A program made the position numbers and the translations under genes. The notes under the pieces were generated by a model. The model saw only the letters and a program-made list of their open reading frames with translations, was not told where the DNA came from and did not search any database. DNA of 64,000 nt, from positions 31,942 to 95,941 of the forward strand of contig MU619285.1 of NCBI GenBank assembly GCA_025201805.1. The letters run 5' to 3'. The number at the start of each line of letters is the position of its first letter. Position 1 is the first letter of the stretch. Source of the DNA: Parasitella parasitica NRRL 2501 (Eukaryota; Fungi; Mucoromycota). Below, piece after piece: positions 11,216 through 25,560 of the stretch.

Positions 11216-14200
11216 TTAGAGGTAGGGAGCCCAACCCTCATATGCGATACCCAAGACACTGGGATCGGTAGCCTGATCTATCAAGCAGCGAACCTGCTCG
11301 TTGGTGGTTTTGCAAGTTTCGCCAACATTTGCTCTTGTATTTTGGCCACGGACACCTTTGGCAATCCTTACAATGTCATCGAAATAAGGCTTGGCCTTGT
11401 GGCCATTAGCCAGCTCTTCAGTAGTAATATCTAAAACATGTCAATATAACAGTGGTCTGTAATAAATACAAAGAAACTTACAGGCTGGGTTGCCTTTGTT
11501 TAGTTTTCTCTTGACAACCCTGATCTTGTTTTGCGGGTACCAAGCAATATCTCGATCAATCGAACTACTGGCAGAGGCGGACATACTGTCATCTTTATCT
11601 TCGTCTTTCTCTACATGTCATCGATTAAATTAAACAGCCTCAAAATCACACAACGCAACTACACTTACTCTGCAATTTACTCTGTCTCTTGGCTGCTTGC
11701 TTCCACTCCAGCTGAGGCTCCTTTACAAATACTGACAATATGTTTAGCAAAAGCTCTTTTTCAGCTTGTACAGCTTGGTTAGAAATGAGAGTTAGTCATC
11801 ATGACAGGTGCGCAGATAAGATACTCCTACCAGTTAAAATCTGTGTCATGGTATCTTCCAAGATACCGGCAATCCCCAATGGGTTCAACACAGCAACAAG
11901 CTGGCGGGTTAGTCGAAACGGAACAATTTCCGGGATCGGTAAAAGTTCCGAGGCCACACCAAATGCATACCCAAAATCAATAGGAACCAAACGGCCGCTA
12001 TGAAATGTTAGTGAATGACTTGAAACCCCCTTCCCCCCCTACCCACACACACACACACACAGAATTGATCATTTACCTCTTCAGGTCTACCAAAAAGTTA
12101 TCACTGTGACGATCACCAATACCCATAATGTAGCCAAATATGCAGATACAAGCCAAGCTGTATGCAAACTCTTTTCGGGAGAACAAGAAGGCCTCGGGCG
12201 AAGAGGCAAGTTTGAACAAGTAGTCTCTCACCAAATTCGCAGACACAGCGGCTTCAGACTCTCTAAATTTGCCAATAACCGTTTCTCTGGGCTTGGCGTA
12301 TGCAGGGTGGTATCTTTCAGCTATGACTCGAGTATGTCTGTTGTTTGAGATGATCCATCTTTGGTATATTCGTTTAGCAACCTCAATTTCATTGCCAGAA
12401 GCTTGCTCATTCATACAAGCTCTCAGGGGGGTTGTGTTGTCCAACCATTCGATAATGCCCAAACTCGATGCCATAGGGATGACCTTGTACGTCCCGATCT
12501 GGATGTCTTGATTGTAGCAGAACTTGTTCTTCCTAACTGCATCGTTCATGACTCCGAATGCTTGCTGTATACGTTCATCCTGTCTTAAGTCTTCGCCTCC
12601 TTTAACCAGAAACAAGTACTCCTTTTCGTCTGTGCCATAGATCTTGATTCTCTTGGGTTTTCGCAGAGAGTGCATGACGAGCAGCGTGGGATCGATATAG
12701 GCGACCTTGGCGTGCAATTCTGGGAATGGCTTTGATAATCCATCATACTGTCCTGGGATTTCCAGCTCTTGATCATGCTCGATGCTCTTGAAGGAATTGA
12801 GCCATGGTGAGTATGATTTCAAGCTCTTTTCTTCCTCAGGGTTCGACCGACTTTCGAGATGTTGCTGGCAGAATTTGTCAAGCTCAGTCAAATTTTTTGA
12901 AGTGAGCCTACGGATCTTGCTACCCTTTTCGCCAAGAACTCTGATAAAGTGGTTTGCAATCTTGGAAGCCAACTTCTTGGGGATGGTGCCTAATTTTTCG
13001 CTGTAATTATTCAAGACAAGCTGGTGGAAATCTTTGTACTTGGATGCAATGAATGATTGAGAGACATTGTCATTAGCCAAATCACTCTATTAGAGTTTGT
13101 TAGTCCATTTTTGTACCGTTTAAACATCAGTCTCTAGTACCTTGATGTAGGCGAGAAAATCTTTAACGATATGATAAGGGTTCGTCAAACGCTTCAGTTC
13201 ATTAGAGAACTCTTCCAAGATGGGTGACTGGATGGAGTGCATCACTTTTTCGATGCCGTTACAGACATCTTTTGGCAAGGAGCTCTTTCTCAATTCGTAT
13301 GTTTCGCAAGATATTTGCATGGGGTAAAACAAGGAATTGGGATATGAGTCTGCTAGTGCTTGCAAAGCAGGCAAGATGTAAGGCGCAATTGGACCATTTA
13401 TAGAGGACACTAGTTGTGGGATCCATCTGATATATTTCCAAATAGCATTGAACTTCATAGACTGTGTTTGAGCGGAAGCATTAGTAACATACGTTTTTTT
13501 AATGTATAGACGGTGCACACTCACAGATTCTTTAAAGACCTGACCTGTGGCAGGATACAATTCAATCAGCTCTAACAAACGGGGAAAGTAATTGGTAGCC
13601 TCTCGATGGCCCAAATCCATGGCCTCAAAGTAGTTTCTAATGACGATTTCAGCGTATTGTACTGGATCAATAGTCGGCTTGAATTTAGCAGCTTCATCTT
13701 CCAACAGGTGCAAAGACTCATCACAATATCGTCCAAGCTTCCACAAATATTCGGTTTTTTGAGAAACCTAAATCGAGACAGTTTAGACATTATGCGTTTT
13801 GCGGCAAGTGTGTACATCTTACATGGCTATCAACCAAAAGCTCTGCTTCGGTAAGCAAGTCAAACCCTGTTGCTTGCAAGTAGTTGAGAAACAAGGATGG
13901 GTCCTGGATAGTGCGGCTCAAGTTTCGTTTAGCAACGAGTTTTACCCAAGAAGAAGTGTCTGCTTTCAAAGCAGGCTCAAAAATTGCAGGGTTGGCCACG
14001 TACTGCTGCTTCAGCACATCAATTGATTCTGCAACTACAAGTCTTTGCTCATACTTTTGCTGGTTGCTAGCATTGGGTGGTAACTTGTTCTCCAGCGATC
14101 TCGTCATTAGCCTTTCAAATTGAGCTGCCTTTTCCTCATCTGGTTTCTGCTCTAGATCTGACTGCAAGTATCTGATCAAACAGAGCTCTTTCATATATCT

Positions 14201-17200
14201 CCCAGAATCGTCGTAAAACTTTCTGATCTGTGGCAGGATACTGAGATTGTTTTGCCTGAGGGCAGTGTCTTCAGTAATGTTGACAAACTGATTTTTGGCA
14301 ATATTTAGCTCCTCTAACACTTCAGATGAATTAGTAACAGCAGGGGATGCGATATACTCGTGCCTTACATGGGCTATCGTTGAATAGGCTTTCTTTCAGA
14401 TCTCGTAGATATTCCAGCCTTGACAAAAGAATCTCATGCCACACATCCATACGGTCGTTTTGAGTATCAGGGCTTCTTTGCACAAGTGCTTTGATAAATG
14501 TTTCGATATTTTGACGATTAAAGGTCTTGTCTTCAATCTTTTTGTGCAGCTCGAGGTAATCTTCGGTTTCTACCGTCTACATGCAAGATATACTTATCAA
14601 TCGAATGGCTTTTTGGTGATTTGGATGATACTTACTCTTTCCAGCTGCGAAAGTCTAGCTAAACGACTGGTGTGTGCCAATGGGTGCAAGGTGGTCCAAG
14701 ACGAGAGTAACGAATCGTACGATCTTCCAATGAATAATCTACCAAGATTATACTCTTTGCGTAGTATCTCAACCATAGACCAATCTATACAGCATATTAG
14801 GCCGATACGTCTACAGTGCTATTATTCATATTGCACATTACCGCAAGCAAACTTGTCCAAAAGCTTTTCTTTGTGATAAGGGTTTTGATATGCTTCGTCA
14901 AGAAATCCAAGCAAAGGGTTGACTTCATTTGGCAGCCATGCCCTCTTTTCAGTTTCCCAAGCCTTGAGGTGGTTTTGCAGACCGCCCTTCTTTCCAGGAG
15001 CTGCCTTGAATCTCTCCTTTTCTTCGTTTAAAGCTGCCTTGTACTCGATCCACTCTTTGCCAGTCATAATTCTCTCGTCTCCAGTCTTTGAGTAGCTTTT
15101 GATAAAGTACTCGAGATAGGGGTCTTCTTTTTCTGTCCATAGCAGGTCCCATTTATCCTCAACAGCATCTCTTGTATCAGACCCGATTCGGTCCCATTGT
15201 CCTAATTGGGTCCTGCAAAACAACATTTGCTCCTGCCAAAGATTATACTCGCTGTCGTCAACCAGTGTGCCTGACTCGGTCAATGCCTTGTCGTAATGGT
15301 TGAATGCGACAGCGTAATTGCCATCGATTTGAAAACGTAAAGCTTTTTGGACCATGTCATTGCTAGCCACATTTGTCAAGTATATGTTCTCAAAAATTTC
15401 CATTTCGTCGATTTGTTGGTACAAAAGCGACAGGTTGATCCACTTTTCTTGGGTTGGTGAAAGTCTACTGACTCTCTTGGTGGGTCGTTCGTGCGACTCT
15501 GAAAATGACAGCTGGTTTTCCAGGATGGCGATTCCAATGTGATGGTTGTCGCTTTTAGCGCTAGCGACTTTGACGAGCAAAGCAGAAATTGGCGCGCCAA
15601 GATCAAACACAATTCGCAAAAAGGAGCCAATTGTAGGTGTAAAGTATAATTCGCTCATGGTCAGGTTTTTGCTGATCATCTTGACAAACTCGTGTTTGTA
15701 GTCCTCATAATCTTGGACTGCAAGCGATTCCTGCATCTCGTTGATGATGCTACAAGCAAGGCTGCTGTAGAGCAGTCGAGAGATGTTGTAGTCGGCTGTG
15801 GCAAGGACCTCCAGAGGAAGTAGGAGATCCTTATGGCTAATCTGCACATCCGGAATTTCGCCTGCCCTGTAGGAACGGGTCAATGACACCTTCTTTTCAT
15901 TTGCTTCATCCTTGAAATTGCGCAGGTTCTCTTGGGTTTTGCGTAGGTTTTCATATCGATCGGCATGAAAACGGCTGATTACAGCTTGAGAAGCGTCTAC
16001 AAAACGAGGTTTGTAATACGGGCTTTCCTTCTTAGCAATCTTTTTTTGCTTTTTGGGTTGACTGAATTGTCTTGTAAGTTTTTTTGTTTTTTCCTATTAC
16101 ATTTCGTATTCATTATATAAACTTGCCTTTTAGCTTCGTTGAAAATATCATCTTCGTCGTATTCAATATCAAGATGATTTTGACTAGCAGGGTTAAAAGT
16201 GGATACCAACGATTGGCTACTGCCAACTGTATGCGTGAATTCCATAAGCGTTTGTGTTCGTCTCAGCTGCATATCAATGTCGTCCATATCCAGCTTTTTC
16301 TACGTTATACAATGAGTGTTAGCAGTCGGTATTCGAGTGGCAACCACAGAATAGTTACGCTTTTTGTTTGAGAGTCGACAAACAACGGCTGCATAGAAGA
16401 AGAGCTATGCCATGCGGTATCAATATCGCGATAAGTGGCATCCATCTTTGCACCAGTCAGTGAGTTTTGAAAGATGGGCTCGTTGAAATCATACGTCTTT
16501 TTCGTATTCTCCAGAATCATACGAGTGGCGTACAGCAGGTATATATCCTCAGTCTCGCTGACATACATATCGCCTGTGATTTTCAGCAAGGTTGTGCGAA
16601 TGTTGTCGTCAATCTCCAAATCTTTAGTTATAAAGCCAAAAATGTCAAGAGCGATGGCATCATCTTTGTCTATGAGGCCACGGAACAGTTGGGCTTTTGC
16701 CTTCATTTTAACCTTGTCCTTGAATTTGATGCTCGCATATGTCTTTTTAATAAACGAGTAATACAAAGACTACAAATTATTAATTTTGGTTTGCTTGTTT
16801 TTTTTCAGCAAAGAACTGATCAGCAAACTTACTCTGCACTCTGCATTTCGATGCTCAGGGAACACTCGCACCAGAATCCTGAAAATAGAGCCGATCGCCT
16901 CTCCATCCATATCGTCAAACATTGTATTTACCATCTTCAATGCAGCTGTCTGGAGTTTCTCATCCTTGCTGCTAAACATCCTATTCAAGCCAGCCTTCTT
17001 GAGGGTGCCGTAGATGATTTCATTCTGGTTGTAGCACGCATTTATAAATTCCAGCGCCATTATCTTTTCTTCTTGGGTGGCAAAATACAAACGAAGGACC
17101 ACATTGTTGACGATGGATTGGCCCATTTCAAGATCATGCAAGTACATTCGATTGATGCATCGCAAGTAGTTGGTCAAAGTAACGTTTTTATCATTGGAAA

Positions 17201-20200
17201 GATCAATAAACTGTAGCATATAAAAATAGTAGTAAATAAGCAGATTTAGCATTTCACGGTTTAAGCCTACCTTTTGTTCAAAGGTCTCTCGCATATCCTC
17301 GTAGCATCTGCTGCTTCTTTCCTTCATAAACTTCAATGACCAGCCCATCAGCTGCAAAGTGCGCTTTGTTAGATGTGTGCTTTTCTCTTGATCCACTGGC
17401 TTGGCTTTAAATACGTTACCTCTGCTGCATTATTCCTTATCTCTACTCCACTTCTGCCCCGAATCGTTAAATTGCTAGCTAAATCATAAAAGAACTTGTC
17501 TTCTGGCAGGTCAATCAAGTCGCTGTTTTCGTGATCATCATAAACATAAATGCCATTACTAAAAACGATGCCAACCAATTGCAAACCAATGGTGTTTTTG
17601 TAAGTTTCCCGTGCAGAATGATGGAATTGGTTATATATGGTTTTCTGGTTGAAACAAATGCTTGGTTAAAAGCCCCACTCAAGCTCGCACATATACATAA
17701 CTTACAGTAGGCACAGGACATGCTTTTCCCCAATTCTCATATAGTCCCTTGATGATCTGAATGTTGCTTCGCAAGACACGATGGTTTGGGTGGTACACGT
17801 TCTCCATTAAATAATTCAAGCAATCGTAAAGCACCCTCTTGGAGTAATGCGAGTGAGCTGTGGGCAACGGCGTCGATTGACCCCAAATAATCAAGATAAT
17901 GCAAATGTCTTGCACTAAATAGTTGATGCTTTCACCAAACTGATTGCCTTTAGTCACAAACTTCAGCAAAGGAAGGATCCAGCTATCAGCAAATTTTTCA
18001 AATGCTTCGGGGTAATTGGTGATGAGCTTTGCAATGTATGCCTGCTTCTTGACCGCATTCTTTCTATCGTAACTTTGAAACGCTTCAAGCAAGTCATTCA
18101 TCCAGTTAGGCACTTTAGTAGCGGTTTCGCCGGGAGGTTCAATGTTCAAATGAAGCTGCTTGACCAGTTCCGTGAACATGGGCATAAATGTATTGTCGTT
18201 CAGCAAATCTACTTCAAAGTCAACAATAGACTTGTCCTCGTTCGTATCTGATTCTTCAATTTCTGGGTCCTCCATAACAATGTCCCCGTCTGTGTCAGCA
18301 GAAGAGCTACTAGGTTCACCGTCTTTGTTGATTTTTTGGTTCTCTTCCAAGATTACCTCAGAAAATGTTGACTGAGACAAGCTACAGTGATTACGAGCTG
18401 TTAGTTGTTCATCTTCGTGGTACATTCTTTATAGCCACTTGTTTGTGACATTTTTTGTACCTGCTTCCTATAATATCAATCGAATCCATGTAGTAGAGCG
18501 TTGAAGTGCCCTTGGTGGGCTTTAGGCTTGAAACTGAGCTTCTTTCGAGCCTCTTCTTCACCAATGGCTGCGCTAGTTGAATCTCCAGATAAATGGGCTG
18601 TGTTGGATCAACCAATTCATCCCAGTAATAGAAGGGGGAGCCACTTGGTTTTCTTTGAACCTGCGTAAAGAGTGCTCTGTACATCTTTGCATTATCCGAC
18701 GCACGCAATACATATGTGGCAAAAACATTGAAAGCTTCTCGATTATATCTCAGAGTTGCATTTCTTCTGTCTTGAGCCAGGATTTCCACATTGTGCGCCA
18801 CTTGATTTGATAACGTTTTAAAAGTCTGGAGAATATGAGCCCTCACAGGCTTTTTGTCCTTGTTTTCACTGGAGGTTGTCCAAATACGATCCAACGGGCC
18901 ATCTACTTCAATTATGTTTATGGAGATAAGATTAAAGTATGCCTGCATGAAACACAGACAGTTTGCCTTCATATGCAAATCGTCGGTCGAATCGTTGTCT
19001 CTGTCGCCACCGTTGCTGATGAATCCCACAATGTAGCAAACATGTTTCTTGAAAAATTCGACAACATGGCCTTCATTAGCACTCTTTAGAAGAACAAGAA
19101 GGATTTGAGCAATGTTGTTTCTATGTTCAATATTGTATTCTGAATTCTTGAAAAACCTATTTCGAGAGCGGTTAGCCATATCGACAAATATGTTTGATTT
19201 CTTGTTTTCAAGCTTTACTCCATCAGAGATTGTGTAATACTCAAAAAGCTGTTGAGGCCCAGTCCTTGTGAAAACTTTTGAATGCTACTCTTGATGGCCT
19301 CCTCGTGAATATGATGTGTTTCTTGGATAAATGTCACTTTGAGAAGATCGAATAAGGCCACGGATTTGAATGTAACCATAGGAACCAAGAGTTTATCCAG
19401 TGTGCTGATAACCATATTGTATCTGAGAGAAGCATGAGTCAGTCAATATAACAAGAGCTCATGACAACTTACTCTACAGTGCCTTCTTTGATGTATTCCT
19501 TGCCTTGGACAGGAGGAAGCTTATTAATATAGTTTTGTCGCAGTTCATTGATGACCTATGATTCAAATGAGCACAACCAATCTCAAATAATACTGACGAT
19601 ACCAAAGGCTTACTGTCTTGACATCCTTTTCACCCAAACAAATAAAGACAGGAAGTAAATCGAGAGCACCAAGACGAACACCAAAGTTACCATGTCGCAA
19701 AAAACTAATGAATACATCCCAAATGAGACCAAAGATGGGTTTTCCCTTGGAACTTGACATGAGAGCAGGATTCGCACCGAATAATTTCTTTAAGCATGAA
19801 ATCACGTCAAGCGATTGTTGATCTGTTTGACGCCACTGAGAAACACTAATGTAATTGGAGTATTAGTACGGAATGAAATATTTTTTGAGGTAGGGCTCGT
19901 AACTTGCATTGTTTTCAACAAGCTTTCATCTTTGATAAGCTTAAAATAGAATCAGTTAATTTCCATTGTTTACACTGCCATATGTACTTTACATAATCAG
20001 TGAAATTCCAGACTACTTTTCTCTCGTGGAGTCTATTTGCTTCAAGATAATCAAGCAATCCCATAATATATCCATGAATAGTTTTGTAGGTATCCTCCTC
20101 TGGGTCGACGGCCAAAGTAAGGTATTTCTTGAACAATTCAGAAAAAACATCTACATGATTTGTGATGCATTCAACCATGTACTTGTCAAACTTTTGGAAA

Positions 20201-23200
20201 ATCTCAATCTTTTCCTTGTGAGAAGTTCGTTTAGCAGGAATCATAAATGCAAGGAGTTTAGCACTGTTTTTTTCAGCAAAACCTGGGTGAGAGAAGCTGA
20301 TGACGGCCATGCTTCCCAATAGTTTGATGCGCAGTGGTTCCTGTGCAGATTTACACTGGTGTAGAAAGGTATTCAGAAGCATTTCACAATAATCAAGCGC
20401 ACTGCTTGGGTAGGTGTGGTCCAGAATTACGGCATTTTCGCAGATCTTGTCTAAGGCGTTAATGGACTGCAGATATTTGATGCCACGCACTGTTTGGCTT
20501 ATCTCAATAAGAGTCGATCTCTCCATTCGCTTTTTGGTATCCAATACCAAATCAACTTTGCTTGAAACCAATGTAGAGCTGACAGATGAAGCCAAGCTTT
20601 CAATGAAGTCAGTTGATTTCTTGGCTATCAAAGTGGCAATATACTTTTGTGCGATTTCAAATACACGCTTTACGCCTGACTGAGTGATGGCATTGTCATG
20701 ATGAGACTGAATAACTTCCGACATGTTTTTCGGCAAAATCAGAGCTTGGGAGACCATATCCATAAAATTTTTGTGGTACAGAGTGTCTGAAAAGACACGC
20801 TCAACATATCTGAAGCAGTGATCGCCCTCCACAGAACTAAACGCTAGATCGATAAAGTAGATGGTGCGTACCGAGATATAGGTATACATGGAAATGATTT
20901 TGTTCTTCTCCGCAAGATTTACGTTGAGCTTCTCCTCTAAATAATCACTGGGTTTGTTTTCGATAAAGAAAGCTATTGCCAGCAAAAAATGCGAGGAGCT
21001 AGCTTCCAGGATATTTTTGGGATCAACAATTTTGCGCTCAACAAGCCAGATATAAGCATCCAGAGTACTTCTCAGTCGTTTTATCCAGTTGAGATAGATG
21101 CTGACAACATGTGATTCATCTTCATCGGTCAAAATCGAAGGCGGCTGCAAATGGTCTGTTTCAAAAATGTCGACCAGAAAATCAGGATTCATGTCAAGTG
21201 CATCTGATACCCATTGCTTGCTGGATTTTACTTTGGGGAGCAGCAGCACAAACTTTGAAAAAAAACTGATGCATAGCTTAATATAGTTTCGCTGCAAAGA
21301 CCCGCTTTCTTTGAACGTCCAGCGTACTAGCTGTGGCAATGAGGCAACCTCGTTGGCACCAGTAAACGGTCTGCGATATTCAGGCTTCTCCTTCAGGAAC
21401 AGATCAGCTTTACGCTCAATGATCTTGGTAATATGATTAATAGCCTCAGTGATTTGGGCTCTGGTGCCAATGGAAGGATGATCTACTTCTGCCATCTTGA
21501 GACTCAAGAAGAGTTGACCCAATATTTCAAATGTGTATTCATCCACCAATGCAGATTCTTCTCTGAATTGGCGATAAATGCGATTAAACACTAGGGAAGC
21601 ACCAAACCGCTTTGAGGCACTTGAGCTTGCCATCAAATTGTACAACCGTTTCAGCAATGATTTGATATTTTGAGCACCATCCGTAGATCTTGATGTCTGC
21701 TTGATAGACCATACAACAAATTCTTGGATACATTCAGCGCCGTAATCACGGAGACCGGCATCCGTATCACAAGAAGCGTCTAATAATGACTGCAGGAGAG
21801 CAATCGTTTCTGGATTGTCAGCATGGGCGTTATTGGTGAGCCAATGAATAATCTGCGAGTAAAAGAATTGGTACATATCTCGTGCAATGGGGTCAGCATC
21901 GATTGCCAATTTTAACATGACTGGAAACACACGTTCGTAATAAGTATGATACAAGGACTCTGTGGATGCCTTCCAAGTCTTTGCAGAAAATGCACTATTA
22001 CCAATCATGTAGATGACGAGACCATGTAGCAATTCACAAGCGGCTATCTTGACCTTTCTGTCAGGGGAGGACTCTGCAAGTTCGCAGATACGAGGGAGGA
22101 ATTCATCAAGGTATATGTTAACCTTGACATTCATAAAGGGCACTCGTAGCTTCAGCTTCTTCACAGGATCCCAGGCAAGCATGCCGTTGTTTTCGATGGC
22201 ATCTTTCCCTTGTGCTAAAAGCTGCTTGTTTTTACCACCTAGTCTGCCCAGAAATTGCATCATTCGACGCTGAAGCTCGGGTAGATTTGCATAATCCTGC
22301 TTGAAAACACCCATTTCATCCGACGTCGCTTTAGTATGGACCATCATATACCTTCGCTCTGCAGCTGTGGGTGCTTTGAAGCGTTTCTTTGTGTCTGCTT
22401 GCTCTGCAAAGTTAACGACACCGATCAAGAGATATTCGTTGATGCAAGGCAGTATTCGAGATAAGAAATTAGAGTCGATATCATAGTTGAGGTTAGGGTC
22501 CAACAATTTATCAAGACTATCCATTGCAATAGTGGCCAACGGATGATATGTAACACCAAGACGAAGGGCCTTTTCCAAAGGAGTGATCAGTTCTGTAATA
22601 TCAAAGAATTCCGTAGGGTAAGCCAGTATCAAGCGAAGACTGGTGGCCAATAGCTCGTCTGTAAACTGCTGCAGCCGATGCCATACCTCCTTCAAGTATT
22701 CTCTGTATACCAGGTATGTTGTATATTCATCAGGCTTGCTGTTTCCATTCTCGCCTTGTCCGGATTGGCTTGCACTATTAAAATAAACCTCGCAGCCAGC
22801 AAACAGCTGCTCCTTTTCACAAATCACCAAGATCTCGGAAATCATACGATAGAATCCACTTACCATTGGATGCAGTACGCTAGATTCGATCAAAGCAGCA
22901 CCAAATATATAGATCCATTGTATCAGTCTCTTGTTGTTGATTTCTTTGACCAAAGCAGACCAGAAATCGACTAAATTTTGAAACAAGATAAAGTCTTTCC
23001 GGTTAACAGGGCGTAAAGATCTGGACATGATATTGACGTTATCAGTGGATGCCTCGTCTTCAGCATCCTTCTCATCGTCGACAGTATTAACTACTTTGAG
23101 ATTGAACTGTTTAATAATCTTCATCATGTTGGTAATAAAAACGTCGTAAAGCATGTCCAACAAATCTTTTTTCGTAGAAGCTGTTGGCCTGTCCTCTTTG

Positions 23201-25161
23201 TCAGGGTATAAGTTGTCCTCGTCACCATCGTCTGCAGATTTGATGCCAAAGGCCGTTGAGTGCTTTGGTTTGTCAAGAATGACCTTCCAGAAATACAAGA
23301 GCTTTCGGTACACAGGTTCACTGTCTTGGTTGGGTAATCTGATGTTGGTGACCGTAAATGTCAGTACTCTTTCGAACAATGTGTTGGCGAAACTTCTTCC
23401 AATGCCTTGGCCCTTTTTGTAAAGCATCAGCAACAGCTGGTAAATGTTGGAGCAGCCACTTCTTCGCAAATAGCCGGTTGCATACGGGATCCATTCGATG
23501 AATATCCTACACATGTGATGAAGAGTGCTGAGGAGGCTTTCGGGTATCGTGGTCATCGTCTGTGCAAAAGAAGTGTATGCCTTGATAAAAGCGGGTAGAT
23601 GCCGCACGTATTCAAGCTGCTTCACATTGGTATCTGAATACAGCCATTCACTGATTTTGACGAGACTCTTTCGTAAGGCTTCGACATCTGTATTTTTGAC
23701 CTTGGTCAATATCTTGGCGAAATATCCAACACTACGAATAGCAATCGACACCTTGTACATGTCATCTACATTGTCGGCCTGTTCCAGGATCTTGTTGAAT
23801 CTTGCCATAAAAGTCTATTATAAATACGTATTATTTGCCATTTATTGAGCAATAATCGCTTGATGCGCACTGCATCTCACTTACATAAAACGTCTGTAAT
23901 TCTCGTTCGCCTTGGATGTTGTGATACAGCACATTTGACAACTGAACAGTAGGTGAGGACCTAGCGTATGGCGCACATGTTATATACCCTTACCTGTTTG
24001 ATGAACTCTTCAAAAGCAAGTAGCCCAAACTTGTAAGCATCGGTATTGTGGTGGCCAGCCCAGGAATACAGACAGGCGTACAACTTTTCGCAGCTGGGAA
24101 GAAGTAAGTTTGAGAACAGTTTTGTGTGATGATAAAACAAATTCAAGGCTGCAATGGGCGTTGCGTATCGATTCGAGTTGGCCATTTTATCCAATATTAT
24201 CAGAATAATGTGGAATAGTTTATCACTATCGCTCGAGTTTTTGGCAACAATCTCTACGTCTGTGCGATAAATCAGCGAGTCGAGGCAGTTTAGATAGCCA
24301 AGTGAGGTGGCGTGCTCGAATTTCTTGTCATTGCTTGTTTGGTCAGTCAGGTTGTCAAAGCACCAGCGCTTGAGACGACTGAGCTGCTGCTCGTTCACGA
24401 TTGTTGGATAGTAGCGTGCAATTTCGCCCAAAAGCTCGATAATCTTTGCTTTTACAGTTGGGGTGCCTTTGACAACGTACTCGTCGGCAAAACTAAATCA
24501 TGCAATCGTGTGTTAGCGACGTTCTAATAATACCTTCATCTTTGTCTGCACTTACGTTTTGTAACAGTCTTCAATGTATGTGGCGTCAATCTCATACTTG
24601 TTGGATTTATCAAATAAAATCAGGAGGACGTCAAATGCCGAGCTTCTACCAACTGCGTTTGCACCGGATTTGGCAATAAACTTTGCCAGTACCTTTTTCA
24701 ACATGCGTATGATAAAATGGATCAGATTCCACAAAAAATAAAGACACTATTAGAATCGATTAAAATTTTCCATACCATCAAGCTTTTAGCATATGTTTGG
24801 AACTGTGGTTGTCGTTCTTTGATAAAAGTGCATAAAATCTGTAAACATCTCGAGACGGCTGTGGCCAGATCTCCTGATGAGTAGCCTCTGCATTTAGACA
24901 AAAATCCAAAAATAGGACCATTCTCTTTAAAGAGGACAGAGCAGACAATATCTATGATTGCGGTGGGTTTGCATTGGTGGAGCCATGTCTCTATTTTCTT
25001 TTTGGTTTCTTACCAATATTCTTCTCGGCCATATTTGATAACAGTTCTGTGCCTAAATCATCGATAACTTGCAAAATGGCTTTTTCATGCAAGTTTGGTT
25101 CCTTGATGAATTCGTTCAAGCTTTCCGCAAGGCCTTCAATTGTGTTCAACTGAGCAGACAT
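11216..25161 (-). CDS. PRKDC: DNA-dependent protein kinase catalytic subunit (PIKK family), many exons
   Basis: Kinase motifs SLRKPKRI, LVKGGEDLRQDERIQQ, GIGDRHSDNFLV and IDFGYAFG..LPIPEIVPFRLT. FATC domain DQATDPSVLGIAYEGWAPYL*. DNA-PKcs-specific blocks include IYLDEFLPRICELA...DRKVKIAACELLHG, QIIHWLTNN, LRDYGAECIQEFVVWSIKQT, SLLKRLY..KRFGASLVFN and RSYRAGEIPDVQI. Start MSAQLN at 25161. Confidence 0.95.
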
Positions 25162-25399
25162 GTTTAAAGCTTTCAATACTAAATGAAAAAGAAGAAAAGT
25201 GGTAAAAAGGATACTGATCAAAAACTTGACAACTTTCAAAATGGTTCTAGTCTAGTCACGCGATGTACAGTACTATACACGATACATGCTCCTCTCAATA
25301 CTGTTCATGCAGCACACGCATTTATGTAACAGGGTGTTTTGAGCAGACATGGATGGCTCAGACTTCTTTATAAGCCAAGTAGCATTTTGCAGAGTCTCC

Positions 25400-25560
25400 A
25401 GTGTCAAATGGTGATTAATGTTCCTGCATGTGGATGGCCTTACATCATCTAATGCCTCGGCGATTCTTATTCTAAAATAACCAATGCCTTCAAACTTCTT
25501 TGTGGATCATTGAGGTTAAATTCTATTTGGCGTGGAATTATACAATCTGATCTCAATGTT
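25400..25560 (-). mobile_element. Highly decayed Tc1/IS630 transposase C-terminal fragment
   Basis: LRIRIAEALDDVRPS resembles the RIAEA block seen in the other Tc1 relics in this window. Confidence 0.3.

Noticed and set aside
16467-17216. 249-aa plus-strand ORF and other antisense ORFs over DNA-PKcs, SZT2 and RFC1
   Set aside because: These are shadow frames of real genes on the opposite strand, with no motifs. The poly-Cys and poly-Leu ORFs are just antisense of the polyQ tracts.
11216-25161. Many separate minus-strand ORFs read as several genes or a pseudogene
   Set aside because: The breaks I checked (e.g. ~19215, ~19900, ~16100, ~14350) resolve as ~55-65 nt introns with proper donor, branch and acceptor signals, giving one DNA-PKcs.
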